From the NCBI GenBank assembly GCA_029953675.1, contig JAMWBK010000013.1, positions 248,001 through 312,000 on the forward strand: 64,000 nt of DNA, read 5' to 3'. Position 1 is the first letter of the stretch; each line of letters begins with the position of its first letter. This document shows positions 49,301 to 62,112 of this stretch, one piece after another. The notes under the pieces were generated by a model. The model was not told where the DNA came from and searched no databases. It saw nothing but the letters and a program-made list of their open reading frames with translations. Origin of the DNA: Rhodosorus marinus CCMP1338 (Eukaryota > Plantae > Rhodophyta). The position numbers were made by a program, and so were the translations under genes.

Positions 49301-50858
49301 GAGCGGGGCTCGACCCTGCATTCTCAGGCTGCGAGCTGTCATCCACGAACTCATTGGAAGAGGTTTCGACAGCAGACCTTTCCAGCCTTCCCTCTACACT
49401 CGGGTCACCTCGACCAGAAGTCCTGGCGTCAGCACCTGATTTCACATGCTCAGCAGCATTGTCCTCCAGAACTTTCGGTTGCTGCGAGCTCCGCTCAAAT
49501 ATTCTCTGCTCGAGCTCCTTCAGTTTCGCCATGGACCGCTCTTTCTGTACACGAACCCTCTCCTCTTCTTCCCTCCTACGTTCCTCAGCCTTCTGTCGTA
49601 GTATTTCCCGTTGACCATCCGCCAGCCCATGGCCCTGAGGAGTAGCCGGTTTGTTCACCACGGCAGATTCCGGTGCAGGCTCGCCCGCGGATTCTGCGTC
49701 CACAGTGGACGCCTGAGCTTCGGCAGGCTCCTCCCCACCAGTTGGCTTGGCCTGGGGAACCGCCACGGACGATTTCTTCGCTGACACGAACCGAAGTCCT
49801 TTTCCTTCGTTGCTGGCCCCAGGCTGAGCCCCTTTAGCATCCTGTGCGAATTCAAGATGAGCCGCACTCTCAGCTTCTACCTCCGCCTCCTTCGCGACAT
49901 CTGTGGCAGCCTCCTTTTCCGCCCCTTCTGAAGCCCTTGTGGTAACAAACTCGAGTTCCAAGGGCATGGAGAAGTTCATCGTTTCCTCAGGATCCTCGGC
50001 CCAATCGGACAGCTCGCCAGCTGCCTCTCGTGTTGTCCTGACGACTGTCGGTGACGATTCCATCTTTGCCGCGCTCGCTGACGATGACAAGGGTTTCGCA
50101 CCCAGGGAAGGAAACGATGGATCGCCCTGGCCCTGTGGGGCATCCCCTACGGACTGAACAGGTCCCACGGAGGGCTTCCCCGTTGTTGGTGTCGATATCC
50201 CGCTCTCGACATTGTTGGAAAGGGCAGGTATGCCCTTCCCACCCCAGGCAGGAGCTGGACTTGACGCATCTAACAGACGTGCACAAACCGGGGAAGAGCT
50301 TAAGCAATTCATCCATACGACTATTTCCATGAAACGGGGCCAAGGGCAGCATGCTCACCTTTCACAGTTGGAGAACTCGTGCTAGTCACCCCTGTCCGTC
50401 CACTGGCTCTGTCAAGCGAAGGCTTTGCGGACAGATTTGAAGGCGGAGACTGCGCAATTGCAGACCCGCCGAATCCCATCGGTCTGGAACCCCATGTCCC
50501 GGTGGACGCGCTTCCAATACTACCGGTCGTCTCCCTTTTTATGCTCGGTAGGTTCACAGGCAGTGGCGCGGCGGGGTTAGCACGTGCTCCACTGCTCCTT
50601 CCGAGCATTTGCATACCTCCTCCTCCAGTTCCATATCCTGCGACGTGTAAAAACCGGTTGCAACCGTTAGAAAACACAACCGGGGTTCTCCCACCACAAC
50701 CGATGCAGAGTTCTTCGATAATACTCACCTCTCTGAGGAACATTCGGAGACACATGGGAAGCCTTCGGCAGCAGAGCATTTGCGTTGAATGACTGAAACT
50801 TTGTTTTTGGGGTTCCTGACGAATCGGACGCATTTGATCCATACCCGTTCTTCTTCAT
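46304..50858 (-). CDS. BAT2_N-domain low-complexity protein (PRRC2 / plant MOS1-like)
   Basis: KFQSFNANAL; GMQMLGR..PLPVNLPSIKRE; SDWAED.EETMNFS; coiled coil RQKAEERRREEEER..AKLKELEQRI; long 821-aa and 524-aa exons. Confidence 0.75.
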
Positions 50859-50894
50859 ACACTTAACTCTCTAGAAACGCCAGCAAAAATTTGC

Positions 50895-50908
50895 TTTTTA
50901 TATATATA
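50895..50908 (-). promoter_or_regulatory. Putative TATA box
   Basis: tatatatataaaaa on minus, about 40 bp upstream of the ATG at 50858. Confidence 0.35.
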
Positions 50909-53900
50909 GACGAAGTTCCAACACCTTTCGCTAAACTACGCTCTGCAACATAAAAAAAAATCCACAAAGAAGAGGCTAAAGCATGAGCACAAGCAGAGTC
51001 GACGACCGGTAGAAGCCTTATCAAACCTCCACCACAACTCACCTTTCTGAACTATCCTTTCGTACTGGGTTCAAGACAAGACACAAAATACGTTCAGGTG
51101 TCTTCTTCACCGGATCCACTCGACACCAAACAAACAAACAAACAAACCAACTAAGACAAAATGTACGCACTCCACCCCCCCCCCACCCCACCCCCTGCGC
51201 ACTTTACCGAGGTCTATTAACACACATATATATTCCTATTCCTGATTCTTAAGATCTTTTTTGACCTTGCAGTTCTTATCAAGAAACCCCCTTTGTTCTC
51301 CCTACTCTATGATATACTCAACCAACCCCCCAACCCCCCCACCCCACCCCCACCCCACCCCACCCGCTCTCCAACATTGCTCTGGACAACAGTTACCTTC
51401 TACGCCACACCGGCTTTATCCCCCCCACAAAGCTCACATCTCAAGAGACAGAAAACAAACTCTCCTCCCCAAATGACATCTAATCGTCACCCCCTGGATT
51501 TCACGAGGCGTTCTTTTTCTTCCTCTCACCCCCCCTTCATAAATCGTACGAACTGATTCATCTTCACATATTAAGGAATAAATTAAACCCATTTGAAACG
51601 TATCCTGAATTCCAACGTGATTCTTGTTTCCTTTTTTCTACATCATCGTCAAAATTTCAAACACAAGATTACATTTCTTTGTGCTGAAAAAGGATCCTTA
51701 ATTCTATACGGGGGGGGGAGATAGGGATATTTCGGTCTTACCCCATTTTTAGTTAACTCTAAAATTGTGTTTGTTTGAATAACTTTAAATATTCGGGATA
51801 TTCAAATAATTGACCAAATTTTGCCTCCCCCTTGTCAGATTTCTATTGAACGTAGAGGGGGGTTTTAGATATTTTGCTTTGGAGTGGTCCGTTTGGACGT
51901 GTCTGAAGTGATTTAGGCACACTAATTTTGTATAGATTAGTGTAGACATTTTTTTTGGTAAAATCACCGTTGATGTGGGTAGGATAGAGTTCTTAATTTG
52001 GCCTTTAAAGGGCTAGAAATTGATTAATCCGCCGGCCAGTTTGTTCTTACAACATTGACGGCATGATCTGAGGTGCCGCGAAAATGTCGGTTTTAGCATG
52101 TGAAGGAGGTATTGGTCATGATTTGAACAAAACTCCTCTCAGATCTAAGATATGTAGAATTTTTGCGCCACGCCGGAAGGGTTCGGTAAAGGAGTCGCAA
52201 ACTGATAATTGTGTTTTTTTTAAAACTAAATTCAGCCTCGTGCTATGGATATGACTCGGGGAGGAGCAAAAATATTGTTTCTAGATTTGCACATGAGGTT
52301 GCGCTGCAGAACCTAGGTCAGCACTCAAAATTTCAATTATTTTTGTGAACTTTTTTTACGTACTTATTCCTCATATCAGTTCCGGATGCCGTGTCCTCGT
52401 CCTGGCGTCCAGAGTGTTCCACGGACGAGAGTTGGTTGACTGACTGGCTTAATTCAGTCCCGAGCGGGAGCGGGATCCTAGTAGACGGCGAATGGTGGAG
52501 TAGGATGAAGGCGCCGAAGAGCCTTGCAAGCTGTACATCTCGGAATACATTGACGGTGTGGCATTTCTGGCCACACCTCGAAAACTCCACCAACCTTTAA
52601 CGGACATGTGAACGAGTAGCAAGTCGACCCCACTCAAGAGTCCACTACCGGAATCTAACATCTCCGGCTTGCCCGGTAGTAGGGACCGATGGGTTTGTTC
52701 GCGTGGCGAATTAACCCATAGCAGACGGACCCACCATACTCGCTCTCTCGGGAGTCCTCAACAATACACCCGGTCCCAGGAATGTTGCCGAGCGCATTTG
52801 ATGCAGGCACATGGCCAATTTCGAACATGCTGTGTTCTTCTTCTCAGCGTCGTATTGTGCTGTGCGGGACCGTCTCCGGAGCCATGAGGCCGGCCCGTTA
52901 GACACCTAATCTACCGGGCCGCATTCACTGGAAGCTTGACCGCTCCAGATCTGTACGCCAAAAACAAAAAAACAGCTGCCGACCAGACCGCGAAGCCTCC
53001 GAAAATATATCACTTTAGGCATTGAGTTTTCGCAAGCATAGCACCTTGGACGCCTCGTCTTGAACCCTGCTGTGGTGTTGACAGATTAATTACACAACCG
53101 TATCTGGCGGTAGAGTGCAAAACGTAGACTTTGATAATCTCTCTGCGGAACTACCTCAGGATAATGCCTACTTAAGCTTTCATGCTCAGCACATGGATTC
53201 AGCTCGAAAGGAAATCAATGTGGTGTTGTTAGTTACACCGCAGCATTGGCCTCGGAACCAAAAAGGCCGTTTAAACATCCACCAATGGAAACTCGCACCG
53301 TATATTGCCCCAAAATGTGCTCTTCTCTCTTATCCAATTAACTCATCCAGAAGAAGAAGGAGCAGGATTGATTGGGTACCGACATATTCTCGCGAACCAA
53401 CGTTCTCCACATTTTAGAAGGTACAAGATACCGAAATTCTACCATCAGCAAATAAAATTATTATGTATTTAGGTAATAATAGTCAATCAGCGTCACGCTG
53501 ATTCTCGATTGGTTACGGTTTATAGATTTATCCAGTTATTAAAAGATCTTACACCGTTTGGACCAATTGAATGGCTTCTTAATGGGACACAGCATACGAA
53601 ACGTCGGGCGCTACAAACAATAAAAGAGTACAGGGGTAGAGGACGATACCCCCAGATGAGCACGAGTAAAATTGACAGTTTCGTAAACCTTATCCGGTCC
53701 TTAGTTGGACAAAAACTCAAGTATTTGACGCTGGTGGGAATCTATAGCCCTGTGAAAATACCTATTGAGGGGCAATAGTTGCTCAAAAAAGGGGGTGTGT
53801 ATAATGTTCCTTTTATGGCCCTTTCCGCCGTCCCAATAATCTTCAGATCTATCCAATGAAATGCTGCCATCATAGTATCCGGTTTTCTCGTTGAAAAGCC

Positions 53901-54670
53901 ATTCGCGCGGGTTTTCATGCTGATCTCAATCAATTTTCTTTCGATATTCGACAATCTCAAAACCTTTCAACCGAACACGCTTACCTCAGTCCCCAGAAAA
54001 TTATACAGAAAACATCCCCCGCCGTCGAGCAAAGACGTAGAAAATTGGAAACGGCGCATTTGCCAGGTTAGGTCATGAAAAAAAGAAGAAAACGCAAAGG
54101 CAAGTTTGCCCGCAAAACCGCACCTCAATATGCAAATAAAAAAAAATCCCCCTCCCCCCTTACACAAATCTTCACCCCCCCCCTCTCCACCCCAAAATCC
54201 ATAACGGTCAATATTATACCCCTTAAGAATAGCTCTGCGCAAGCTACGAATGGAAGCCTTTGTACCCCGCATGTTAAAACCGAGACATAATATAAATGAA
54301 ATATTTGAGGTGGGGTAGTTTATCAGCTTCGTATCGTATACATCGTATTGAGGGGGGGTTGAGAAGGCTTTGTCGGAAAAGAAGACGTGTGGATTAACGA
54401 CGTTTGGTGTGGAAGGAGGGGTTGTGTTCGATTCATTTGCTTTGTTGTGGGGTTTGTACGGAAAGCTATGATGGCGCGGACGATGAGGGAAGGTCGTTGT
54501 TTAGGTATATACCACTGTGGGAGGCTTTGGGGATGGTGTGGTGGCGGGTTGGGTTGGGGAGGAAGGGAAGGAAGGGAAGCGAGCGCTTTTTCGTTTGTTC
54601 TACTTGGAGAGGTAGGTGTTGAGTGTGTAAATCTTTTTATTTAAGTCGCGGTTTTTGGATAAGGCTGAGA

Positions 54671-55899
54671 ATGGCTGCGTTTGTGGGTAGTGGTGTGGTC
54701 ACAGTGGGGAAGAGGGGTGCTGTGGATAGGAGGGTGAGGCGCAGCACGACTGTTTCCGTGTTAGCGGAGGGTGAGGATGTGAAGAAGCTAGTGGTTCCGA
54801 ATGTCGATGTTAAGAATGGCTATCAGGTTCCCGAGCAGAAGACGGACCCGCAGCTCGGGTTTCGGTTCGGTTCGAGGAAGCTGAGGGTGTTCGGCGGCTC
54901 CAACATTGGCGAACTACATCGGGAAGTAGCTTCTTATCTTGGCAAGGAGGATAACGAGGATCCCATTGTTCTCAAGCAGTGAGTCCAGAGACAAGGAAAC
55001 TCTATCGTTTCACAATTTCTTTTGCGTTGACGCCTTTGCGTGGAATCCTCCTTCTGTGCAGATTTGCCGATGGCGAGAACTATGTCCGCATTCAGGAATC
55101 TGTACGAGGTTGTGACGTGTTTTTGGTTCAATCCACATGCAACCCTGTTAATGACAACCTTATGGAGCTCCTGCTCATGATTGATGCGAGCAGAAGAGCT
55201 CACGCCGGCCAAATTACGGCCGTAATCCCCTACTATGGATATGCCAGAGCTGACCGACTTGTCGACGGCAGCGAAGCGCTTTCCTCAAAACTGGTTGCGA
55301 ATATTATTACAAAGGCTGGAGCTGACCGAGTTATCGTCATGGATATGCATTCCGCTCAATCCTGCGGATTCTTCGATATCCCCGTGGATCACGTGTACGG
55401 TTCCGATGTACTCGTGAACTACATTAGAAAGAAGGAGTTGGACGATATTGTTATTGTATCTCCCGACGTTGGCGGCGTTGCTCGCGCGAGACAAATTGCC
55501 AAGGAGTGCAATGACGCTCCCCTGGCCATTATCGATAAGAGACGTTCTGGCCACAACGTGGCCGAGGTCATGCACGTGATCGGCGATGTAAGCGGAAAAA
55601 CTGCGGTCCTTGTGGACGACATGATTGACACCGCAGGAACTATTTGTGCCGGTGCTCAGGTCCTTCGTGATCACGGTGCTAAGTCTGTGATGGCGATGGC
55701 CACCCACGCCGTGTTCTCCGGACCTGCCGTGGAGCGACTACGTCGGCCCGGTCTCTTTGAGGAGGTCGTTGTCACCAATACGATCCCACTTCCGGAAGAG
55801 AAGCAATTCCCTCAGCTGCGAGTGATCTCGGTCGCCGAGACGTTTGGAGAGGCCATTTGGAAGGTTCACGAAGACTACTCGGTGACTTTCCGAACATAG
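54671..55899 (+). CDS. PRS: Ribose-phosphate pyrophosphokinase (class I PRPP synthetase) with transit peptide
   Basis: Intron 54979-55061; FADGENYVRIQESVRG, NDNLMELL, IPYYGYARADR, VVSPDVGG-like IVSPDVGGVARA, VDDMIDTAGT. Confidence 0.96.
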
Positions 55900-56265
55900 G
55901 ATTATAGTATTTGTGGACATAGTAGGTGGTACTCGCGGAGCGTGGGCTACGGGAAGAGTTGTACTAGGATGTTAGGTGTGGTTCATTCATAATAACAGTT
56001 AGATCTGTAAAAAGAACAAATTTCAAGGTTCAACTTGAATCAGCATGTCAGCCGAGACTCGCATATCACCACACAAACACACAAAGACTCATCGGTAGAA
56101 GCCGGGAAGGCGGGCGGACCGTCCGGGTTGGCCTCCATCGAACCAGTTCCAATCTGCAGATCGAGATCCGGAGATGGGGTGGGCATAAGGAACGCTTGGC
56201 TCCGGTGAGTAGGGCAAGAGCCAGATGAGCGGTAGACTGGCAGGCTAGATCCCACCTTCTTCAGA

Positions 56266-57644
56266 ATGATGGGATTTGTGGCTTCTGGGCATTACCACGT
56301 GCACCGTGGTGGAAAGCACAGGTCGATATGTGAACTGAACCGTTGGTCACGGGAAGTGGTGGTGCAGTGCAGTGCGAATGAATTTCGAGAGCGCTTTGAG
56401 AGCCAGATACGATCCTTGCAGGACGAGGTTTGCTCTGAGGTGGTAAGCTGGTAGAAGACCTTTGCATCTGAAGCCAACTGAGTTTTGACTGTTGAATTTG
56501 AATCGTTGGACCTGTTGGGGACCCACAGGTGAAACTCGATGGTGGCGCTGAGTTCCATGAGGACGTGTGGGCGAAAGAAAACGGACAAGGCGGTGGAAGA
56601 TCACGAGTTATTGAGGATGGAAATATGTTCGAGAAGGCAGCGGTGAACTTGTCCATTGTCAATGGGGACATCAGCCCTGAGCGGGCCGCCGCTATGGTGA
56701 GCATTGAGCTGTTATCACCAGCCTTCATGCACCCTTTCACCAGCTCACCACGGACAGCTGCATGCGATTCGATTCCCCTTCAGAGATCCCGAGGGCGTAA
56801 AGGAGTTTCTGACGGAAGCAAGTACTTTGCTGGGGCGATCTCTATCGTCTTCCACGCGCGCTCACCTCTTGTACCGACCTTGCGCGGAGACATCCGCGTT
56901 TTCCAGTCTTTTTCAGACAGCGAAACCGTAACGTGGGGAGGCGGTGGGGCTGATCTAACCCCGAGCTACTTCTTTGAAGAGGACACTGTTGAATTTCATC
57001 GGTTTTGGAAGCAAACCTGCGACCGCTACGATCCATCCTACTACGCGAAGTTTAAGAAGTGGTGTGATGAATACTTCTACATTCCTATGCGGAAGGAGCA
57101 TCGCGGGGTGGGTGGAATCTTCTTCGACGACCTCGAGTTTGAAACGGAGGCTGGCTTAAGCAGAGTTGAAGAGTTCCTCCGTACGCCCAACGCCGTTCCT
57201 ATGCACGCCCTTTCCCATCAGGATTTCAAACTGTATTCAGACATTTTCTTTTGTGGCCGCCCATGCAGATGACGTGGCTCGGGGGTGGCTCCCAAGCTAC
57301 ACAGCGATCGCAGAAAGACGAAAAGAGAGCGCCTATGGCGAGAAAGAGAGGGAATGGCAATTGCTCCGACGCGGAAGATACGCAGAGTTCAACCTGGTCT
57401 ATGATCGTGGAGTCCGCTTCGGGCTCCTGAGCAACGGCCGAATTGAGTCAATAATGGTGTCTGGTAAGCACCTCGCGAAACGCGTCTTTCGCTTTCAATG
57501 GCGAAGATCTCTGATTTTTTTGCTATGGAAACGTTGTGCGCAGCACCGCCCCTGGTTAGATGGAAGTACAACCATGTACCAGACCCTGGATCGAAGGAAG
57601 AAGAAATGCTTGAGATCCTGCGAACTCCGAGGGACTGGGTCTAA
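56266..57644 (+). CDS. hemF: Oxygen-dependent coproporphyrinogen III oxidase family, divergent (CPX2-like)
   Basis: [81 protein letters not shown]. Confidence 0.92.
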
Positions 57645-58011
57645 CAAAAAAAAAAGCAGAATATTTTTGGCGTTGAGATCGCTAGCATTGATTTGACGCA
57701 ACAGAAAACCCTACGAAGAGGGGCTCGCTATTCAACCTGGTAAAATCGCGATGTTTGAGCTGCTCGGGTAACAACCTAGCCGAGGCTCTTGGTGACGCCC
57801 TGTGAGCGCGGGGGATTTGGTGCCCTCGCACGAAATTAGACCTGTTTTTGCGGGAGATCCTCTCCACCGACGGTGGTGGAGGGGGGATATCTCCTTACCA
57901 GACGCAAATACATCCAGAAAAACGATGCTATCTCCATTTCCCAGTCCAGACATTGCCTCAACGCACACTGGGGAGAGCATGAGACCATCGCCAACTCCCC
58001 TCGATAAGTCA

Positions 58012-58108
58012 AAACCCTAATCAATCTACATTCTCCATAATGATTGACTTACGACATGAAACCCTAATCAATCACTATCAATCCAAAAATGATTGCTTAT
58101 CGACGTGA
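58012..58108. repeat. Two-copy ~47-bp direct repeat, each beginning with AAACCCTAA (telo-box-like)
   Basis: aaaccctaatcaatc..aatgattg at 58012 and 58059. Confidence 0.7.
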
Positions 58109-59382
58109 TCCTCCAGTTTTAAAATCCACGGCTCAGAAAACTCCCGAAAAAAAGAAAAAAAAGATACGCAGCTCCTTCCGATTCCCCAATCATTAATCAG
58201 TTCGGCTCTTGGGGCTCACCAGTCAAAATTATCCAACAGCTTTCCCCCCCCTCCCTCTCTCTTTCTGTTCCCTTCCAAATCTCATCTGAAAAAAAAAAAA
58301 TCTCTTGCGGGATGAAGATATTATGAAAAGATATTTACCCCAAAAAACCGCCCAATGCGCACATCTTACGTTTCTTATAATATCTCCCGAAACCCTTCTG
58401 CCTCGTCCTCCTCCCCCTTCCCCCCCCCCCCTCCCCCTTGCACGCTCCCCTTTAAAGGGATAAGAGTTCACGAGAGAGTAATGAAAAGTTACATCCAATT
58501 TCACATCAGTTACAGAACAAGTCACACCATTGGACAATCGTCCAACGTCTTCAAACTACACGTCCCCCCCTTCCACTCAATCCACCAAATCACGTCCTTA
58601 GGTCAGGACAGGCTGTTGATTTCTTTATAAAAAATCAAATATTCATTTAGCATAGAGACTGGCCTTACCGATTATTGGCCCGCGTTTCAACGTCTGCAAT
58701 GATCGCCCTACCCCTTCCACAATGCACACCCACACGCATTACTGATAAAAAATGCACGCGGAAGTCTAGAAGAGACAAGCTGTCGATAGTGGATAAATAT
58801 TGTATTATTTATAAGTCAACGGTGTATTGGGCAAACTGTCCTACTTGTTTTTTTCTTTTTTTGTGGGGTGGGGAAGGTGATTTGGTTTCAAGGGAAAATC
58901 GAGAGAGGGGGTGTGTGTGTTGGGGGTGTAAGTTTTTTTTTGAGAGGGGGAAGGGGTAGGAGGGAGGTTTGGGAGGAAGGAGAGAGAAGGGAGGAAAGGT
59001 AGGGAAAAGGAGCATATGGATAAGAGAGGAATTTTTGTTGAGATGGAAGGAGGAAGAGTTAGGAGGAGAGGTTAGGGGGAGGTGGGTTATTGCATGTTCG
59101 CTCCTCTTTTTTTTTGTTTGTTGAGGAAGGAGGAGGAGGAGTTGTGCGTATGGTGGTTTTTGGGGCGGGGGAAGAGAGAGGGGGAAGGCGGGCTTTGGGG
59201 TTGGTATGGTTTTTTAAGTGTACGAGGTGTGAGGTTTGTTGAAACCTTATTTGGGAGGGTTGAGAGTTTGGAGGAGGTTGGTGGTTTTGAGTGGCGAGGT
59301 TAGGTCGGCTTATTGAGTGTGTCTCTGGGGGGGGTTGAGGGGGAGGTTTTGTTTTTGAGTGTTTGATTTGTGGCTTTTTGCC

Positions 59383-60515
59383 ATGGGTGATGTTGTTGGT
59401 GAAGGAGCTTCGGCGTTTGATTCAACTGCAGCGGCGGCTTCGGCGGCGTCAGGACCCGGGCCAACTGGTCCTTCAAGACCGGGTGGAGTTAGTACGGGTG
59501 GTCCTTCTGCATTGCATGCAAGGTTGGCAGGTGATGAAGGGGCATATGGTATGCGCACTGCTTCCGTTTATTTTTGTTTGGCTTTTACCCGTTGGACCTA
59601 AGATTTCCATCATTTTTTGTTTGTTTAGGAACGTCGCAAGGCTATCGAAGTCCCTATTCTACGTACAGTGGTGGGTACGGCGGCGGCATGAGCGGGGGCT
59701 ACTCTGGGGGCTACGGTAGATCTTATGGTGGTTATGGAGGGATGGGAGCGGGTTATAGCCGATACGGTGGAGGATATGGTATGGGTGGATACGGAGGCGG
59801 TTATGGCGGCTATGGCGGCGGCTATGGAGGAATGTCGGGTATGGGGTTTGGTGGTCGTGGAATGATGGATATGTTGGGTAAGAGAGATCTGGGTATCAGT
59901 TTGGATTCTTCGAATTGTCCATCTAATGAGGATTTCGTACTGCTTGATAGGCCAAGGCGGAGAAATGGTGAACGGTGTACAAAACAGTGTTCAGGGAGTA
60001 ATGCATACGGTGGCCAGGGTGTCGGGATTGCTGGAGGAGCTGATGCGAAACTTCACTATGATTTTTGAGAGTATCTTTGGCCTGTTTTACAGTATTGCGG
60101 CCTTTAAAGAGGTGAGATAGCGAGACCAAGACGGGGGGGCAATGTTGGAGCAAGATTCTTAAGTTTTCTTTCTGCGTTGCCGCTACAGGAAATGGGTGCC
60201 TCACTGCCGCAGTTTGAGAAGGGTTTCGTCAGACGAATGTTGATGAAAGTTTTAAGGAAATTGTATATGCTATTTAAGTTCTTCCTCTTGTTTGCAGCTT
60301 CTCCAATAACTCATCGATTCTCTCCGGTGCGAGGAATCTTGAGAATTTTCGGACTACTGCCACCAACGCTAGAGGTCGAACAATTGTCAAGCGATTTTGA
60401 ACAGGAAGAAATTCAACCCAACACAGCGATTTCCGTTAATGAGTACGCTCTGGAAGACGAAGAGCTCAACCGATCCGACCCGAATTTCGACGAGGTCGAG
60501 GCACCTAACTTGTAA
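59383..60515 (+). CDS. PEX13: PEX13-like peroxisomal membrane protein (plant type, no SH3)
   Basis: Gly/Tyr-rich YG-repeat N-terminus, then VQGVMHTVARVSGLLEELMRNFTMIFESIFGLF and a second hydrophobic segment. Confidence 0.62.
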
Positions 60516-60819
60516 ATGAAAAAAACCAAGACCGAGATCGGCGCGACGGTCGGTCTCTGATGGTCACCGAGTGTGTAGAAATATGGGACATGCAGTCTCC
60601 TTATTGCGCAGTAATATATAAATCCAAAACCTAATTTCATCTGGTGTGCTACACAGATATCAAGAGTAGCTGTATCCAAGAGCAAGAATGTCGTATCAAC
60701 ATACACACTGAGCAAGGCTTCCCAGGTGCCAATCCTCTTGGCCTTAAATTCAGTACCGGAACTCTGCCCTCCATTTGGACAGGCTCCCTGTATCATCCCA
60801 AACGCTTGTCTTTCAAGTC

Positions 60820-61599
60820 ATGGCATCATGTCCATTAGCGATAGCGAATTTCGATGCCGGGAGTGTTGAGAGCAGGAGCCGAGGCGTTAACCATGACATT
60901 GGCGGAGCAGAGGTGGGAGGTGTTTCAGTCTTGGCCTCGGCCTTGCAACGGGGCCAACGGTGTTTATATCGAGCGGATTCGATTCGCCAGAGAGGCGTTC
61001 GGGAAGGGAGTGGCCTTCGCTGGAGGAGACGTGCAGATTCGAGCAGGCGGTATTTTGGGGGTCCTTTGGCAAGTGATGAGATTGTCGAGACTGCTGCAGT
61101 TATGGAGTGGAGGAGACGTGGGTGGGAAGATGGATGGAAGGCTGGTTGGAAAAGAGGATGGCAGGAGTGGAAAAGCAGGGAGGATGTAGATGTGGATGAA
61201 TGGGAGGAGGATGAGGATGTACTAGTTTTAAGTCCGGAGTGGGCTGAGAGATTTGCGAAGACGGAGAAACGACGCGCGAAGGATAGGGCAAGGAAGAGAG
61301 CATCGCAGTTCAAATCACCGAAAGGGAAGCATCGCAGAAAAAGCGGAAATGATTCCGTTGCTGAGGATGGTGAAATTGATGAAGAAGCAGACTCCAACGA
61401 GGACGAGGAGCAGGCTTTCGAGGATATCCTTCCTATCCTCGACTCCGCCAAGCATCGAGATCAGCTCAGAATCCAACAGTACGGTCCGGACGCTGCCAAA
61501 GCCGTTGCTGATCTCGAAGGGGCGATGAACGCGTCATTCCAGGCAGAAAAAAACCACCGAGGGGCTGTCTACTGGCCAGTACTTCCTCTCAGCATATAA
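60820..61599 (+). CDS. GEMIN8: GEMIN8-like SMN-complex protein (intronless)
   Basis: LSPEWAERFAKTEKRR and C-terminal QYGPDAAKAVADLEGAMNASF..YWPVLPLSI resemble the recalled GEMIN8 C-terminus. Confidence 0.65.
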   Translation: MASCPLAIANFDAGSVESRSRGVNHDIGGAEVGGVSVLASALQRGQRCLYRADSIRQRGVREGSGLRWRRRADSSRRYFGGPLASDEIVETAAVMEWRRRGWEDGWKAGWKRGWQEWKSREDVDVDEWEEDEDVLVLSPEWAERFAKTEKRRAKDRARKRASQFKSPKGKHRRKSGNDSVAEDGEIDEEADSNEDEEQAFEDILPILDSAKHRDQLRIQQYGPDAAKAVADLEGAMNASFQAEKNHRGAVYWPVLPLSI

Positions 61600-62112
61600 A
61601 CCAATACTCGTGGAACTGAGCATGCAGTCTCAGTCCTTCAGGCTGAATCCTCTTTGACTCTACCGCTTGTCAAGATCCAAAAACTTTCAAGCGATGCCAC
61701 TGGTATTTCTCTAGCTAAGTCTTGGGCAGGGCTCCTTGTCTTCCGGTACTCTTTCAAGCTAAGATACAGAAAGATCAGATAAGGCAATGGAAACACTAAT
61801 TCCAGCTATCCTTTTCAAAGCCAAGCCGGTATGAAACATCGCATCCAGGTATTTCTTTTAGATTAGAACTCTTTTTGCAATTACAAAAGCCGGAAGAAGC
61901 TTGGCACAACAGTACCTCCGGAGGTACTGTACCAAAGTTAGGTCTTAGGGGAAAAAAAGGTGTGATCACCCCCTCCCTGCCTCAACTTGATCGTTAGGCT
62001 TATGGGCGCGATATAAGAATCGGACGACCAAACAGCAGAGCTTGTGCTTCAATCTTGAACAAGAGCTTCCATTTTTCTGTCTATCCCCTCGACGTCTTCG
62101 CGACCTCAGTAG

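Noticed and set aside
53485-53503. 9-bp-arm palindrome aatcagcgt-c-acgctgatt
   Set aside because: Same chance argument.
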